A DNA stretch of 64,000 nucleotides, taken from Scyliorhinus canicula (Eukaryota). The stretch covers positions 124,001 to 188,000 of the forward strand of contig NW_024056012.1 in the NCBI RefSeq assembly GCF_902713615.1, in the 5' to 3' direction. The notes under the pieces were generated by a model. That model was not told where the DNA came from. It did no database searches and saw nothing but the letters and a program-made list of their open reading frames with translations. A program made the position numbers and the translations under genes. Positions 1 to 13,185 of the stretch are shown here, piece after piece (position 1 is the first letter of the stretch; the number at the start of each line of letters is the position of its first letter).

Positions 1-1000
1 GGAAGCCTTTAAAAGCTGATGTAATGTAAAAGCTGATAAAGATTTTTATTATTATTTTTGAACTGAGGGCATTAATGCTACGTTTACAGATGATGCTCAG
101 ATACGTAGAGGAATAGGTTGTGCTGAGGAAGCAGAGAGGCTGCAGAAAGACCTGGTCAGGCTAAGAGAGTGTGCAAAGAAGTAGCAGATGGAATACAATG
201 TAGAAAAGAGTGAGATTCTGAACTTTGGAGGAAACAGAGAGTATTTTCTAATTGGGGTAAGGCTGAGGAAATCAGAAGCTCAAATGCACTTAGGAATTCT
301 AGTTGACGATTCTCTTAAGGTTAACATGCAGGTTCAGTTGGCAGCTGGGAAGACAAATGCACTGTTAGCATCCATGTTGCGAGGGCTAGATTACAAGAGC
401 AGAGATGTAACTGTTGAGGCTGTATAAGGCTCTGGTCAGACCCCATTTGGAATATTGTGAGCAGTTTTGGTCGCCTTATCTAAGAAACGATGTGCTGGCC
501 TTGGAGGAGCTCCAGAGGAGATTCACAAGATTGATCCTCGGAATGACGGACTTGTCATATGAGGAGCGGTTGAGGACTCTGGGTCTGTACTTGATAGAAA
601 TTAGAAGGATGAGGTGCTGTGAGGGGAGTGGGGCGCGGGGCGCGGGTGGGGGGTGGGGATGGGGTCACATTGAAACTTACAGAATAGCGAGAGCCCTAGT
701 AGGTGAAACTAGAACCCGAGGGCACAGCCTCAGATTTAAGGGACGATCCTTCAAAACTGAGAAGAGGATAAATTTATTCAGCCAGGGGGTCTTGAATCTG
801 TGGAACTCATTCCAGCAGAAGGCCGTGGAGGCCAAATCACTGAGGGTCTATAAGATAGAGGCAGACAGATTATTGATTAATAAGGGGACCAGGGATTATG
901 GGGAGAAGGCGGGAGAATGAGGATTAGAAACATAACAGTAATGATTGAATGCGGAGCAGACTCGATGGACTGAAAGGCCGGGTTCTGCTCCTATGTTTTA
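1..1000 (+). mobile_element. Decayed CR1-type LINE, 3' part of ORF2 (RT C-terminus) and tail
   Basis: ORFs 188-427 and 414-920 contain LYKALVRPHLEYCEQFWSPY and QRRFTRLI, typical of CR1 ORF2; frameshifted; CR1-type 3' tail at about 900-1000. Confidence 0.85.
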
Positions 1001-1156
1001 TGATTTTATGGTAGGAAGACAATCTATGGACGATATTAGAATCGATAGGTGCTTGATTGTCGTCGCAGAAATGATCGGTGGAACGGCATCTTTCTATACT
1101 GTAAAACTCTCAGACTCCATGACCCTATGACAGAGTCTAAAGCAATGATCACTAAT

Positions 1157-2490
1157 ACAAAGAACAAAGAAAATTACAGCACAGGAACAGGCCCTTCGGC
1201 CCTCCCAGCCTGCACCGATCCAGATCCTTTATCTAAACCTGTCGCCTATTTTCCAAGGAGCTACTTCCCTCCGTTCCCCGCCCGTTCATATACCTGTCCA
1301 GATGCCTCTTAAATGATGCTCTCGTACCGGCCTCGACCACCTCCGCTGGCAAAGCATTCCAGGCACCCACCACCCTCTGCGTAAAATACTTTCCACGCAC
1401 ATCTCCCTTAAACCTTCCCCCTCTCACCTTGAAATCGTGACCTCTTGTAATTGACACCCCCACTCTTGGAAAAAGCTTGTTGCGATCCACCCTGTCCATA
1501 CCTCTCATAATTTTGTAGACCTCAATCAGGTCCCCCCTCAACCTCCGACTTTCCAACGAAAACAATCCTAATCTACTCAACCTATCTTCATAGCTTGCAC
1601 GCTCCATACCAGACAACATCCTGGTGAACCTCCTCTGCACCCTCTCTAAAGCATCCACATCCTTCTGGTAATGTGGCGACCAGAACTGCACGCAGTATTC
1701 CAAATGTGGCCTCACCAAAGTCCTATACAACTGTAACATGACCTGCCGACTCTTGTACTCAATACCCCGTCGGATGAAGGCAAGCATGCTGTATGCCTTC
1801 TTGACCGCTCTATCGACCTGCGTTGCCACCTTCAGGGTACAATGGACCTGAACTTCCAGATCTCTCTGTACATCAATTTTCCCCAGGACTCTTCCATTGA
1901 CCATATAGTCCGCTCTTGAATTAGACCTTCCAAAATGCATCACCTGCATTTGCCTGGATTGAACTCCATCTGCCATTTCTCTGCCCAACTCGCCAATCTA
2001 ACAGTATTTTGCTGTATTCTCTGACAGTCCTCCTCGCAATCTGCAACTCCACCAATCTTAGTATCATCTGCAACATGCGCATCAGACCACATATACCTTC
2101 GTCCAGATCATTTATGTATATCAAAAACAACAGTGGTCCGAGCACGGATCCCTGTGGAACACCACTAGTCACCTTTCTCCATTTTGAGACACTCCCTTCC
2201 ACCACTACTCTCTGTCTCCTGTTGCCCAGCCAGTTCATTATCCATCTAGCTAGTACACCCTGAACACCATACTTCACTTTTTCCATCAAACTGCCATGGG
2301 AAACTTTATCAAACGCCTTACTGAGGTCCCTGTATATGACATCTGCAGCCCTTCCCTCATCAATTAACTTTGTCACTTCCTCAAGGAATTCTATTAGGTT
2401 TGTAAGACATGACCTTCCCTGAACAAAACCATGCTGCCTATCACTGATAAGTCTATTTTCTTCCAAATGTGAATAGATCCTATCCCTCAG
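1157..2490 (-). mobile_element. 5'-truncated CR1 LINE (RT domain to 3' end), one frameshift
   Basis: Minus ORFs 1921-2466 ([33 protein letters not shown]) and 1233-1988 (LVRPHLEYCVQFWSPHY); (TTCTTTG)-type tail at about 1157-1172. Confidence 0.9.
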
Positions 2491-2524
2491 GGGTACATGA
2501 TGTAGATTAACCTAAATTGAGATT

Positions 2525-2700
2525 GAAATGAAATGAAATGAAAATGGCTTATTATCACGGGTAGGCTTCAATGAAGTTACTGTGAGAAGCCCCTAGTCGC
2601 CACATTCCGGCGCCTGTCCAGGGAAGCGAACCGTGCTGCTGGCCGACTTGGTCTGCTTCAAAAGCCAGTGATTTAGCCCAGTGAGCTAAAACAGCCCCTG
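2525..2700 (-). mobile_element. tRNA-derived SINE (family with head GGGGCTG(G)TTTAGCTCAC/GTGG)
   Basis: Reverse complement shows an A-box-like head and an (ATTTC)n tail; same family at 5870-6047, 14925-15070 and 42120-42225. Confidence 0.7.
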
Positions 2701-5700
2701 GAAATCGTGCGGTGATTACTGATTCAGGGTCTAGATGAACAGGTTCTAGTGCAGCGATTACTGATACAAAGTTTCATTAACTTAAATGAGATAGGATCTA
2801 AAGCAGTGATTACTCATACAGTATCTAGAATATTATAAACTGAGACAGGGTCTATTGCAGTCATTACAGGTCAGGGTCTGGATTAATATACGTGTACAGA
2901 GTTATTAGGCCAGATGATTAAAAACCTGGTTGACGAGGCAGGTTATGGGATGATTTTAATAAGGGAATTGAGGTAACGAGGAGTAGGGAATGAATACCAG
3001 AGCTGAGGACCGAGACATATGAAGATATCGCAAAATCAACCAAATAATTCTGAAGATAACAATACACCTTGATCGATTGGGGTTGCAAAAATTAAGAAAA
3101 ATGTTTCACATACACACCTACACGAATGGCCAATACCCTTTTGTAGCGATTTTAGTTGCTCTTCTTAACGAGATGAGTGTTGTATGATTGGGTGGACATT
3201 TCTCCTATGGATGCCCACCATTACCATCGTGGCGATACTGTGAGAACACTGTGAGCCAGTGCACAGGTGATCGGTTAATATAAATCGATGCAGGAAAATA
3301 ATCACCATCGTGAAAAAAAACTTTCCAATCGATAGAGTATAACACAAGAGTAAATTCATCATTTTGAACAAAACAGAGATTTCCAAGAAATTTTGGAAAT
3401 TGAATGCACCGGTGTTCACATGTAGACATGTCTCACAAGACCAATTCATTACTGGGATGTTGGTAAAGTATTCAACTCAATATTGCCCACATGATAGCAG
3501 AGGAAATACACATTTAATAGAGCTACTTATAGATATTAACATGAATTAACATAATCTGAAAATCAACGATGATTGTACTTGGAGAAACAAGCAAGCATGT
3601 CCAATAATTTATAATATCCAGACAGGTAACAGGAACATGGTCCGGTTAATATCAACAGAGACAGGCCCTGGTGAGATGTGAAGATGCAAATTCCTGTGGA
3701 ATATCATAGAGGCAGAACTTAATGTGATCTAATCCTATGTATGTTCTGGCATATTATTAATTGAGTGCAGCACAAACAGTACAGTGTAGTGTAGACAGGG
3801 ACAGGGGTTACTTTAATAGAAATAAAGACAGGGTCTCATTTAACATGAGAATAAACATGATGTAATACAGTGACAGAGAAAATAGAGCAGGGGTAGACCA
3901 TTCTGTCCTTCGAGCCTGCTCCGCTATGCATTCTGATCATGGCTGCTCATCCACTTCAGTAACCTGTTCCCACTTTCCCCTGTTTCATTTGGTCCCTTCA
4001 GAGCTTTGATCCCCAAGAGTTTTATCTAACTCCTCCTTGAAAACATACAATACTTTGGAGTCAACTTCGTTCTGTGGTATAGAATTCCACAGGGTCACAA
4101 CTCCCAGGGTGAAGATATTACTTCTCGTCTCAGTATTAAATGGTTTACCCCGTATCCTTAGACTGTGACCCCTGGTTCTACCTTCCCCGCCATCGGACAC
4201 ATCTTTTCTGCATCCGCCCTGTCCAGTCCTTTTACAATTTGATAGGTTTATAATGAGGGGGAAATTAATATTTCATGAATTAGTGTCTTCTGATTTCTGA
4301 CCCTCCTGCCAGTGAATCAACTTTCTTCCTAATTAATCAAACAAAGCCATTCATAATTTGACCATTTTTACCACGCCTCTCAAAAACTGCTTGGTTCGAA
4401 GGAAAACATTCCGAGCTTCCAACCGCTGTGACCGTGCAGCTCATGCAGTGTGAAGACCCAGTTGTATATATGTTTCTCCCTTGCTTGTGCTCAGATGCTA
4501 TTTTTGGAATTACTGACATTTTATATGGAGCCAGTGGAATTCCCGTTCACCATTACCATCGTGTCCGAATTAGACACAAGACGGGGGCAGCATGGTCATG
4601 CAGTGGCTCGCACTGCTGCCTCACGGTGCCGAGGTACCAGGTTCGATCCTAACTCTCGGTCCCTGACCGCGTGAAGTTTGCACATTCTCACCGTGTCTGT
4701 GTGGGTTTCACTCCCAAAACCCGAAGATGTACAGGGTAGGTGGATTAGCTGCGCTAAATTGCCCCTTGATTTGGAAAAAAATAATTGGGTACTCTAAATT
4801 TATAACAAGAATAAGACACAAGACTGATAAAAGACTAGCCACTGGAAATTAAATTGACCCATATCAGGCGGGACCCAGAATTAGAACTTTAGATACACTG
4901 AGCAATATTTGAGAATATAATGTCAACATGCAAACCATGATAGGTTAACAGTCTTGTCTCAGTGGAATCAATGTCACCTCTCACAACAGATACCTGAGCC
5001 CATGATCCAGATGTGATCCAATGCAGGAGTATTTTATGTTTCAGATGCTCCATCTTTTAGATGTGGTGATATTAGTCTTAGGGCTGGTTCGCAACATTAT
5101 TACTGGACTGGTAATCTGGAGGCCTGAACTATTACTCCAGGGACTCGAGTACAAATTCCACCAGGGCATATTGCAATGATGTGAACAGTTTTGATCTACT
5201 TACCTCAGGATAGATATTTTGGAGGCAGTCCAGAGAAGGTTCATTAGGTTAATCTCGGGTATGGATGGATTTTCATCGGTAGCTGGAATTTCACAGCACA
5301 GAAAGAGGTTATTCAGCCCATCGTTACTGAGCCTGTCATCAAATAGAGAAGAATCCAGCCCTGGATAGTCTTGAAACACAGACCTCTCGGTTTGCAGCGA
5401 AAAACGTTGACCAATTGCACCACAGAGACTGACATGTGGAGAGTTTTAGTAGGGAAGACCGACACGCATTGGAGTTTAGAAGAATGAGAGGCGAACTGAC
5501 TGAGATATGTAGTATTTTCAAGGAGCTTGACAGTGTGGATGCTAGAGGTTGTTTCTGCTTGTGGGAGAGTCTGGGACCGTAGGGCACCATCTCAGAGTAA
5601 GGTGTCGCTCATTTCAGACGTGGATGAAGAGGAATTTCGTCTCCCAGAGGGGAGTAATTCTATGGTGCAGAGAATTGGAGAGGCCGGGTCAATAAATATG

Positions 5701-7790
5701 TCCAAGACTGAGACAGACAGATTTTTCATTAGTCAGGGAAGCAAGGGTTATGGGGATATGGCGGAAAAGTGGAGTTGAGGATTTATTAGATCAGCCACGA
5801 TCTCATTGAATGGCAGATCATATTCCATGGGCCGAATGGCCACCTTCTGCTCCTACATCATATGGTTTGAAAATGAAAATCGCTTATTGTCACGACTAGG
5901 CTTCAATGAGGTTAATGTGAAAAGCCCCTAGTCGCCACACTCCGACACCTGGCCGGGGAGGCTGGTACGGGAATCGAACCGTGGTGCTGGCCTGCTTAGT
6001 CTGCTTTAAAAAGCAGCGAATTAGCCCAGTGAGCTAAATCAGCCCCTGGTTTTATGGCAGCTGGGGGACTTTCAATTGAATGAATTAATAAATCAGAAAT
6101 ACAATTGTTGCGTCATTCATAATACTCATGAAGCTCTTGAAATTTCCCAAAGCCCAGCAGGTTCACCAATATCCTTCAGGAGAAGAAATCTTCCCTCCTT
6201 CCCCTGTCTGGCCTCTATGTGTCTAGTTCAGCAGTGATGTGGTTGACGGGTAACTATCTCTGAAATTGCCGAGCAAGCCAATCAGTTCAAGTTCTGCTGC
6301 CACAGAAAGTCAGATGTGAATTCAACCGTCCGAAGTGCACCTTATCTAAAAGTTGGTTCACATCCGGCTTCTCAGGATGGACAGTTAATGCTGACTGTGT
6401 CAGTGAGGGTCATATTCCGAGAATGAATGTTAAAAACTGTGCAAAGTGCTGCAGATTCCGGAAATCTAAAACAAAAACAAAAAAAGGCTGCTCAGCAGGT
6501 CAGTGAGCATCAGCAGAGAGAGAAACAGATTCACATTTCAGGTGGATTACCTCATTGACATAATGATAAAGAGTCGAGCTGATTTACCCAGTATCCTTGA
6601 CCAATGTCCGTTCTTGAACTAATTTCACAGATTAGCTGGTCACTTATCACATCTCAGTTTGTGGGAGTTTGCTGTGCACAAATTCTCCGCTCTGTTTCCA
6701 ACATTACAGCAGTAACTAAATTCAGCTAAAATACATCAGTGAGTTTTCAGGGAGTTGGGATGACCTGAGGTCGGGTAAAGCGGTTTACAATAGCAAGCTC
6801 TTTCCAAACGTTTACATTTTAAAATGCAGGTTGTAATATGTTGAAAGATCTGAGATTAATGTGACTATCGGTCACTCCTCTGCCTGATGTTTTAATTTAT
6901 CGCCTTTAAATCGTTTAATGTTTCAATTAAATTAATATTCAGTGGAATAACAGCCTGGTTAAAGATGATTTATTAATTGAGGCATCAGAACTTCCAGAAT
7001 TAATACTTAATTTAAATGTATTTTTTATTTCAATTAAGTAACATCTGTTCTAATGGATGTTTCTATACGTTTCAACCAACTGTCAATAGTCTTAAAATAA
7101 CCCACTATTTTGAGTTGAACCTAATCAATAAATGACTGTGTTTATCTCGTTTTGCTGATACTAACACTTCATTGTAACCAGTGAAGTGTTTATGTAAATA
7201 AACACAGAAATAGAAGTCCCAGATTAGATTATACACTGACAAAAACACAACAACTATTTCCCCACCGATACAGCACAGAAATAGCGGCAAAGACGCAAAT
7301 AGATCAACGGATTCCAGTAGTGATTGTTTTTGACATTTGTTTCTTCATCAGTTATATGAGAAAAAGGTCATCATGATATCCATGTTCAGAATTAGGAAAG
7401 ATTCCCTCTAATCTCGAAATATAATGACATGCAAAATGTGTTCGCAGAGTTTTCCAGTTCTCCTGTATCTGATATCTGTCCCTTTTTCCTAACTGGTTCT
7501 GTCTCATGTCCCTCCACGATGGGTCATTGCCTTTAATCGACGACATGAAGTCAACATGTGCCGAATATAATCTCTCAACCCAATCTCACCACATTGGCTT
7601 CCAACTAAATGGATCGAATCCAATGAATTGGAATACATAGAGGGAGTTTTACTCTAAAATGTGGTTGGAGCATTCAATTACCTTGTAGTGTTTAATGAGA
7701 ACCGTAGAGAAACATTTACCCTGTGTCTAAACTGAGCTGAACAGGGTGGTGAGGATTTGATGTGGCAGTGCCGAAGGATCTTTCCCTCTT
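2700..7790. repeat. Copy 1 of an old tandem segmental duplication
   Basis: Colinear similarity to 8250-15290 (e.g. 2960-3000 vs 8535-8575; 6500-6560 vs 13865-13925; 7100-7330 vs 14480-14700). Confidence 0.85.
4583..4808 (+). mobile_element. HE1/V-SINE-like SINE with 16-bp target-site duplication
   Basis: GGGGCAGCATGGTCATGCAGTGG head; B-box GGTTCGATCC; TSD GAAT(T/A)AGACACAAGAC at 4567-4582 and 4809-4824. Confidence 0.85.
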
Positions 7791-9893
7791 TCTAACCAGG
7801 CTAACAGAGCTAGATAGTTTCTTGATTAATAAGGGGATCAGGGGTTATGGCGAGAAGGCAGGAGATAGGCTTTTAGAAACATAACAGTCGTGATTGAATT
7901 TGGAGCACACTCGATTGGCCTAATCGTCGAATTCTGATCCTGTGTCTTATAGCTTTATGGCTCATATAGGGTGGAGATTAAACTAAATCAATTTCATAAT
8001 ATCTGTGTCACAAGAAAGCTGACATTAGCACTGCAATGAAGTCACTGTGAAAAGATCCCAGTCGCCACATTCCGGCGCCTGTTTGGGTACACAGACGGAG
8101 AATTCAGAATGACCAAATTACTGAACAGCACATCTTTTGGGACTGGTGGGGGAAACCGGAGCACCCGATGGAAACCCACGCAAACACGGGGAGAACGTGC
8201 AGTCTCCACACTGTTGGGACTCTGGCGCTGTGAAGCAACAGTGCTACTGAGATTGGATCTAATGCAGTGATTACTGATGCAAGGTCTAGACTAACGTAAA
8301 CTGAGACAGGTTCTGGTGCAGAAATTACTGATACAAAGGTTGATTACGCTTAAATTATACAGGATATAGAGTAGTGATTATTGATTCAGGATGTGGAATA
8401 TTATAAACTGAGGTAGGGTCGATTGCAGTCATTCCTGCTGCAGGATCTGAATTAATATATGTGTAAAGAGTTATTAGGTCAGATGATTAACAACTTGGTC
8501 GACGAGGCAGGTTATATGAGATGATTTTATTAACGGAAATGAGGTAAAGAGGAGTAGGGAATGAATACCAGAGCTTAGGGCCGAGATGCATGAAGACATC
8601 GCAAAGTGAAACAATTAATTCTGAAGATAACATTCGGTCTTGATCGACTACAGTTGCAAAACTCAAGAACAATATTTTATATGCACACCTACACAAACGG
8701 CCAATCCCTTTTTGAAGTGAATTCACTTCCTCTTCTTAACCAGGTGAGAGTTCTATGATTGGGTGGATATTTATCCTGTGGGTGCCAATCTGGAGATTCT
8801 GAGAGCACTGTTCTGTCTAACACCGCCAGTATATCGGTATATTGGTAAATATAAAACGAGGCAGGAAAAAAGTCGTTACCATGAAAACAACTTTCCAATG
8901 GATAGAGTATAATACAAGAGTAAATTCATCATTTTGAACAAAACAGAGTTTCCCATTAACTTTTGGAAATTGCAGTGCAGCGATGTTCACATGTAGACCT
9001 GTCCCTCAAGCCCAGTTCATTACTGGGACGTTGGTAAAATATTAAACTCAATATTACCCACATGCTAGCAGAGCAAATACAAATTTCACAGAACTGCTTA
9101 TAGGTATTAACAAGAATTAATATAATCTCCAAATCAACAATGATTGCACTCGTATAAATAAGCAAATAGATACAATAATTTATAATATCGAGACAGGCAA
9201 CAGGAACATGGTCCGGTGTGATACAAAACAGAGACTGACCCTGGTGTGCTATTTTTGGAATAACTGATATTTTATATGAAGCCAGTGGAATTCCCTATCA
9301 CCATTGCCATCCTGTCAGAATAAGACCCAGGGCTAGTAAAAGACCAGCCTCTGAAAATTAAATTGACCTATTTAAGACTGGACCCATAGTTTGAACTTTA
9401 GAATCACTGAGCAACATTTCAGAATGTCAAAATATAAACCATGATAGGTTAACAGTCTTGTCTCAGTGGAATCACTATCACTTCCCACAACAGATACCTC
9501 CGCACATGATCCAATTGTTCCATCTTTTAGATGTGATGATATTACAGTCTTCGGGATAGTCTCGCAATATTATTACAAAACTGGTAACCTGGAGGCCTGA
9601 ACTAATACTCCAGACACAGGAGTTCAAATTCCACCAGGGCATATTGTAATGTTGTGGACAGTTTTGGTCTCCTTATATAAGGATAGATATTTTGGAGGCA
9701 GTCCAGAAAAGTTTTTTTTGGTTAATCCCGAGTATGGAGGTATTTTCAAAGGTAGGGAGCATTTCACAGCACAGAAACAGACCTTTCGACCCATCGTTAC
9801 TCTACCTGTCAGCAAATGAAGAAGAATCCGGCCTTGAAACGCGACCTTGCGGTAAACAGCCAAACACGCTGACAAATTGCACCACGGAGACTG

Positions 9894-10043
9894 TGGCCAT
9901 GATGTGGAGATGCTGGCGTTGGACTGGGGTGAGCACAGTAAGAAGTCTTACAACACCAGGTTAAAGCCCAACAGGTTTGTTTCAAATCACTAGCTTTCGC
10001 TCCCACCTGAGGAGGGAGTTTAGCCTGGTGTTGTCAGACCATA
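9894..10043. mobile_element. Penelope-like element terminal fragment with a partly deleted inverted repeat
   Basis: Same sequence family as 32228-32449; flanked by GAGACTG at 9887-9893 and 10044-10050. Confidence 0.65.
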
Positions 10044-10276
10044 GAGACTGAAATGTGGAGAGCTTAAGTCGGTTAGGCCTACAGGAATCGGAGTTTAGAA
10101 GAATCAGAGGCGAAGTTACTGAGATATATAGTATTCTCAGGGGACTTGCCAGTGTAGATGCTGGAGATTATTCCCGCTTTTGGGAGAGTCTAGGACCATA
10201 GGGCACAATCTAAGTGCCCTATCCAGCATCTAAGTGCCCTATCCAGCATCTAAGACCATAGGGCACAATCTAAGTG

Positions 10277-13185
10277 CCACATCCAGCAGCAGCCACCGAC
10301 CGAGAAAGCGAGGGAAATGCAGCGGTCTGCAGGTTAGACTGAAGGAACGCAGTTTCAAGACCCCTCTCCCCAGCATACTCCTGGCAAACGTCCAAGCGAT
10401 TGAAAACAAGCTGGATGAACTTAACGCCAGACTTACCTCTCAGAGGGAAGTAAGAGACTGCTGTGTGCTCTGTTTCACAGAGACATGGCTCACCCCCGCC
10501 TCACCGGACTGTGCCATACAACCTGAAGGCTTCTCTATTCACCCGGCGGACCGCACGGCATCTTCAGGCAAAGCGAAGGGTGGAGGGGTTTGCCTCCTCA
10601 TCAACTCCTCCTGGTGCTTGGGTGTGGTGACCCTGGCGACCTACTGCTCCCCAGACCTGGAATACTTGACCGTAAAGTGCCGCCCATACTATCTTCCACG
10701 TGAGTTCACTTCAGCCATTATCACAGCGGTCTACATCCCACCCCAGGCAGAAGTGAGGAAGGCGCTGGATGAACTGTACACAGTCATAAACAACTATGAA
10801 ACAGAACACCCGGAGGCCTTGTTCATTGTGGCCGGAGACTTCAACAAAGCCAAACTCAAGAGTGTACTGCCAAAATTCCACCAGCACATTTCCTGTACCA
10901 CCAGGGGCGACAACACTCTTGACCACTGCTACTCAAAAATCAAGGGCGCCTACCGTTCCATCCCCCGACCGCACTTTAGGAAATCAGACCATAAGACTGT
11001 GCTCCTTCTCCCGGCTTACAAGCAGAAACTCAAGCGGGAGAACCCAGCTAAGATGGTCGTGCAGTGCTGGTCCGAGGAGACAGAAGAGCTCTTACGTGAC
11101 TGCTTGGAGACAATGGACTGGTCCATATTTAAGAACTCAGCGACTAACTTAAATGAGTATGTCACCACCGTCACAGACTTCATCAGCAAATGTGTGGACG
11201 ACTGCGTGCCAAAGAAAGCAGTACGTACGTTCCCCAACCGGAAACCATGGCTCAACTGCGAGATTGACTCCCTACTGAAGGACAGATCTGAGGCGTTCAA
11301 GGCAGACGACCCTGTCCTATACAAGAAATCCAGGTACGACCTCCGCAAAGCCATCCGAGATGCCAAGAGAGAATATCAAACTAAACTAGAGTCACAGACA
11401 GACTCTCGGCGGTTATGGCAAGGACTAAGCAACATAACGGGCTACAAAGCGAAGCCGAGCAGTATCTCTGGCAGCAGTGCACCCCTCCCCGATGAACTTA
11501 ATGCATTCTATGCTCGGTTTGAGCAGGTAACCAACAATCCGCTATCGAGTTCCCCAGCAACCCATAATTCACCCATACCCACCATCACAGTTTCCGAAGT
11601 CAGATCGGCCTTCCTGAAAGTGAACCCACGGAAGGCGATGGGCCCGGACGGGATCCCCGGTCGTGCACTCAGAGCCTGCGCGGACCAGCTGGCAGAGGTT
11701 TTCACAGACATCTTTAACCTATCCCTACTCCACTCCGAGGTCCCCACCTGCTTCAAGAAGACCACCATCATACCGGTACCAAACGTGCCTCAATGACTAC
11801 CGCCCGGTGGCCCTGACATCAGTTGTAATGAAGTGCTTCGAGAGGCTGATCATGAAGCGCATCACCTCCATACTCCCGGAACGCCTTGACCCACTTCAAT
11901 TCGCATACCGTTGCAACCGGTCCACATCAGACGCCATTTCCCTGGCCCTACACTCATCCCTAGAGCATCTCGAAAACAAGGACTCCTGCATCAGACTCCT
12001 ATTTATTGACTACAGCTCCGCCTTCAACACCATCAGCCCAGCCAAGCTCATATCAAAGCTCCAAAACCTAGGACTTGGCTCTCCACTCTGCAACTGGATC
12101 CTTGACTTTCTGACCAACAGACCACAGTCAGTAAGAATGAACACCAACACCTCCTCCACAATAGTCCTCAATACCGGTGCCCCACAAGGCTGTGTACTTA
12201 GCCCCCTACTCTACTCCCTGTACTCACACGACTGCGTGGCAAAACTGGGTTCCAACTCCATCTACAAGTTTGCTGACGATACGACCATAGTGGGCCGGAT
12301 CTCGAATAACGACGAGTCTGAATACAGGAGGGAGATAGAGAACCTAGTGGAGTGGTGCAGCGACAACAATCTCTCCCTTAATGCCAGCAAAACTAAAGAG
12401 CTGGTCATCGACTTCAGGAAGCAAAGTACTGTGCACACCCCTGTCAGCATCAACGGAGCCGAGGTAGAGATGGTGAGCAGTTTCAAATTCCTAGGGGTGC
12501 ACATCACCAAAAATCTATCCTGGTCCACTCATGTCGACGCTATCACCAAGAAAGCACAACAGCGCCTTTACTTCCTCAGGAAACTAAGGAAATTCGGCAT
12601 GTCCACATTAACCCTTACCAACTTTTACAGATGCACTATAGAGAGCATCCTATCGGGCTGCATCACAGCCTGGTATGGCAACTGCTCGGCCCAGGACCGC
12701 AAGGAACTTCAGAGAGTCGTGAATACCGCCCAGTCCATCACACGAACCTGCCTCCCATCCATTGATTCCATCTACACCTCCCGCTGCCGGGGGAAAGCAG
12801 GCAGCATTATCAAGGATCCCTCCCACCCGGCTTATTCACTTTTCCAACTTCTTCCATCGGGCAGGAGATTCAGAAGTCTGAGAACACGGACGAACAGACT
12901 CAAAAACAGCTTCTTCCCCACTGTCACCAGACTCCTAAATGACCCTCTTATGGACTGACCTCATTAACACTACACCCGTGTCTGCTTCATCCGATGCCAA
13001 TGCTTATGTAGTACATAGTATATATTGTGTTGCCCTATTATGTATTCTCATGTATTTTCTTGAATTCTGTTTAATTCCCTTTTCTTCCCATGTACTGAAT
13101 GATCTGTTGAGCTGCTTGCAGAAAAATACTTTTCACTGCACCTCGGTACACGTGACAATAAACAAATCCAATCCAATCCAATCCA
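10277..13185 (+). mobile_element. Rex1/Babar-like LINE: APE endonuclease plus RT, 5'-truncated, one frameshift
   Basis: APE motifs LLANVQ, CFTETWL, VAGDFN, TLDHCY; RT motifs [35 protein letters not shown]; [12 protein letters not shown]; frameshifting deletion at about 11782-11785; AATAAA 13157-13162 then (AATCC)x4 tail. Confidence 0.9.
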
